A stretch of DNA of 63,757 nt, the filler included, from Choristocarpus tenellus KU-1152 (lineage: Eukaryota; Protista; Phaeophyceae): NCBI GenBank assembly GCA_964200185.2. It is 12 parts of 12 records of this genome, joined end to end, with 100 filler letters (N's around TTAATTAATTAA, not from the genome) between each part and the next. Parts side by side here need not be neighbours in the genome. Positions count along the whole stretch, not along the records: positions 60,200 to 63,757 come from CAXNAD020019282.1; 11 more parts are not named here. One strand, written 5' to 3'. The notes under the pieces were generated by a model, which did not search any database, was not told the origin of the DNA, and saw nothing but the letters and a program-made list of their open reading frames with translations. Below are positions 62,791-63,757 of the stretch, one piece after another (position 1 is the first letter of the stretch; each line of letters opens with the position of its first letter). The position numbers and the translations under genes were made by a program.

Positions 62791-63757
62791 AGGCTGCGCT
62801 TGGGTAGTAGGAATATGCTGTGCCGGGTAGAAGGGGTGGGCATGCCTAAGTGGGGCTGTGCCTTTGCAAAATTTGTCTTGGAACTAAAGACTACTCTGGA
62901 GTGCATGTATTGCTGTGAGGTCCGTACCTCACCTTGAAAGTGGGCAGCAGGGAATTCAAAATTGTAATAGAGGCATTGCAGACCAGGGCCCTGCCAGAAA
63001 ATATCATTTTGACCCAAAAATTCTCTTGATTATATGTCCAATAAACTATTATTGGACCACACAGCTAGAATTTCGGGTTAGGATTAGGGTTAGGGTTAGG
63101 AGGGAAACAAATATCACTTTGGGTCAACCATGCCCTAAAATACTGTTGAGTGTTGCGAGTGCCCAGGAAAAATAGTTGGGACCAAAGGCAGAATTGAAGT
63201 GCAGGGGAGTGGTTGGATGGTTGTTCAATTATTCAATGTGCCACATACAGCAATGGTGCCTCATAAACATCAAAATTTGTACGTAGAATATTGTAAACCA
63301 TATTCTTTTGAATCCCGTCAACTTCTTGGTTCCTGATAAGAAGTGCATCAACGGAGGAGCTGTGTTACTATACTTCCTACTATGCAAATGATACCTCACT
63401 CACACTATTGAATATAGGTGTCGGCACTATTTTTGCTGTTGTCCATCTTGACAGCACTTGCTGAAGGACCAGATGTGTGCATTCTGGTTCTGTGTGGTTG
63501 GAACTCTCCTTTGTAAACCTCAGCAGCTTTCCAGTTTTCGTTTTTCGGTTCAGTTGGCGGAATTCTTTTGGAGAGGTTTCTACAAAACTTCTGATGGCAA
63601 AATAATACATATTGTGCCCTTTTGACATTTTGCAGGTGTCAGGGGGTGGGGGAAATAGAGGAAACCAAAACTATTTGACAGGAACTGCTATGGATACAAT
63701 GGTGTGATGCTGTTGCCGTTGCTGCAACCAAGGCATGAAATCCCACCCACTATGAGG

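Noticed and set aside
1-63757. Most short ORFs in the supplied track; any prokaryotic defence or operon-type system
   Set aside because: The track ignores introns and uses alternative start codons; no prokaryotic gene organisation is present.

Overview
Eukaryotic, repeat-rich DNA, not a prokaryotic locus. The window is an artificial concatenation of 12 short contigs joined by eleven identical 100-nt linkers (44 N + TTAATTAATTAA + 44 N), so adjacency across linkers carries no biological meaning. Long GT-AG introns, small exons and abundant interstitial TTAGGG suggest a stramenopile, most likely a brown alga (inference, not proven). Supported genes: a partial ABCB/TAP-like half-transporter (4 exons, - strand, 41405-48487), the 5' part of an OSCA/TMEM63 (CSC1-like) channel (4-5 exons, - strand, 49018-51715), and an AT-hook protein fragment (+ strand, 16881-19579). 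Mobile DNA: two decayed Ty1/Copia elements joined tail-to-tail with related LTRs forming a ~660-nt quasi-palindrome; an RT N-terminal fragment and a dense bidirectional cluster of 3' ends of a CRE/R2-type restriction-like-endonuclease (RLE) non-LTR retrotransposon; three MITE groups sharing a GRGTCAAAGTA terminus and mostly 3-bp TSDs; a TTAGGG-carrying MITE; a telomere-motif 27-bp minisatellite. I find no firm evidence of a new protein-coding system. The best candidates for something undescribed are the apparently self-targeting RLE-retroposon cluster upstream of OSCA, the shared-TIR MITE group with an unidentified decayed long ORF near one terminus, the LTR hairpin, and a perfectly conserved 67-bp dispersed element. 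All alignments were done by eye; identities are approximate.
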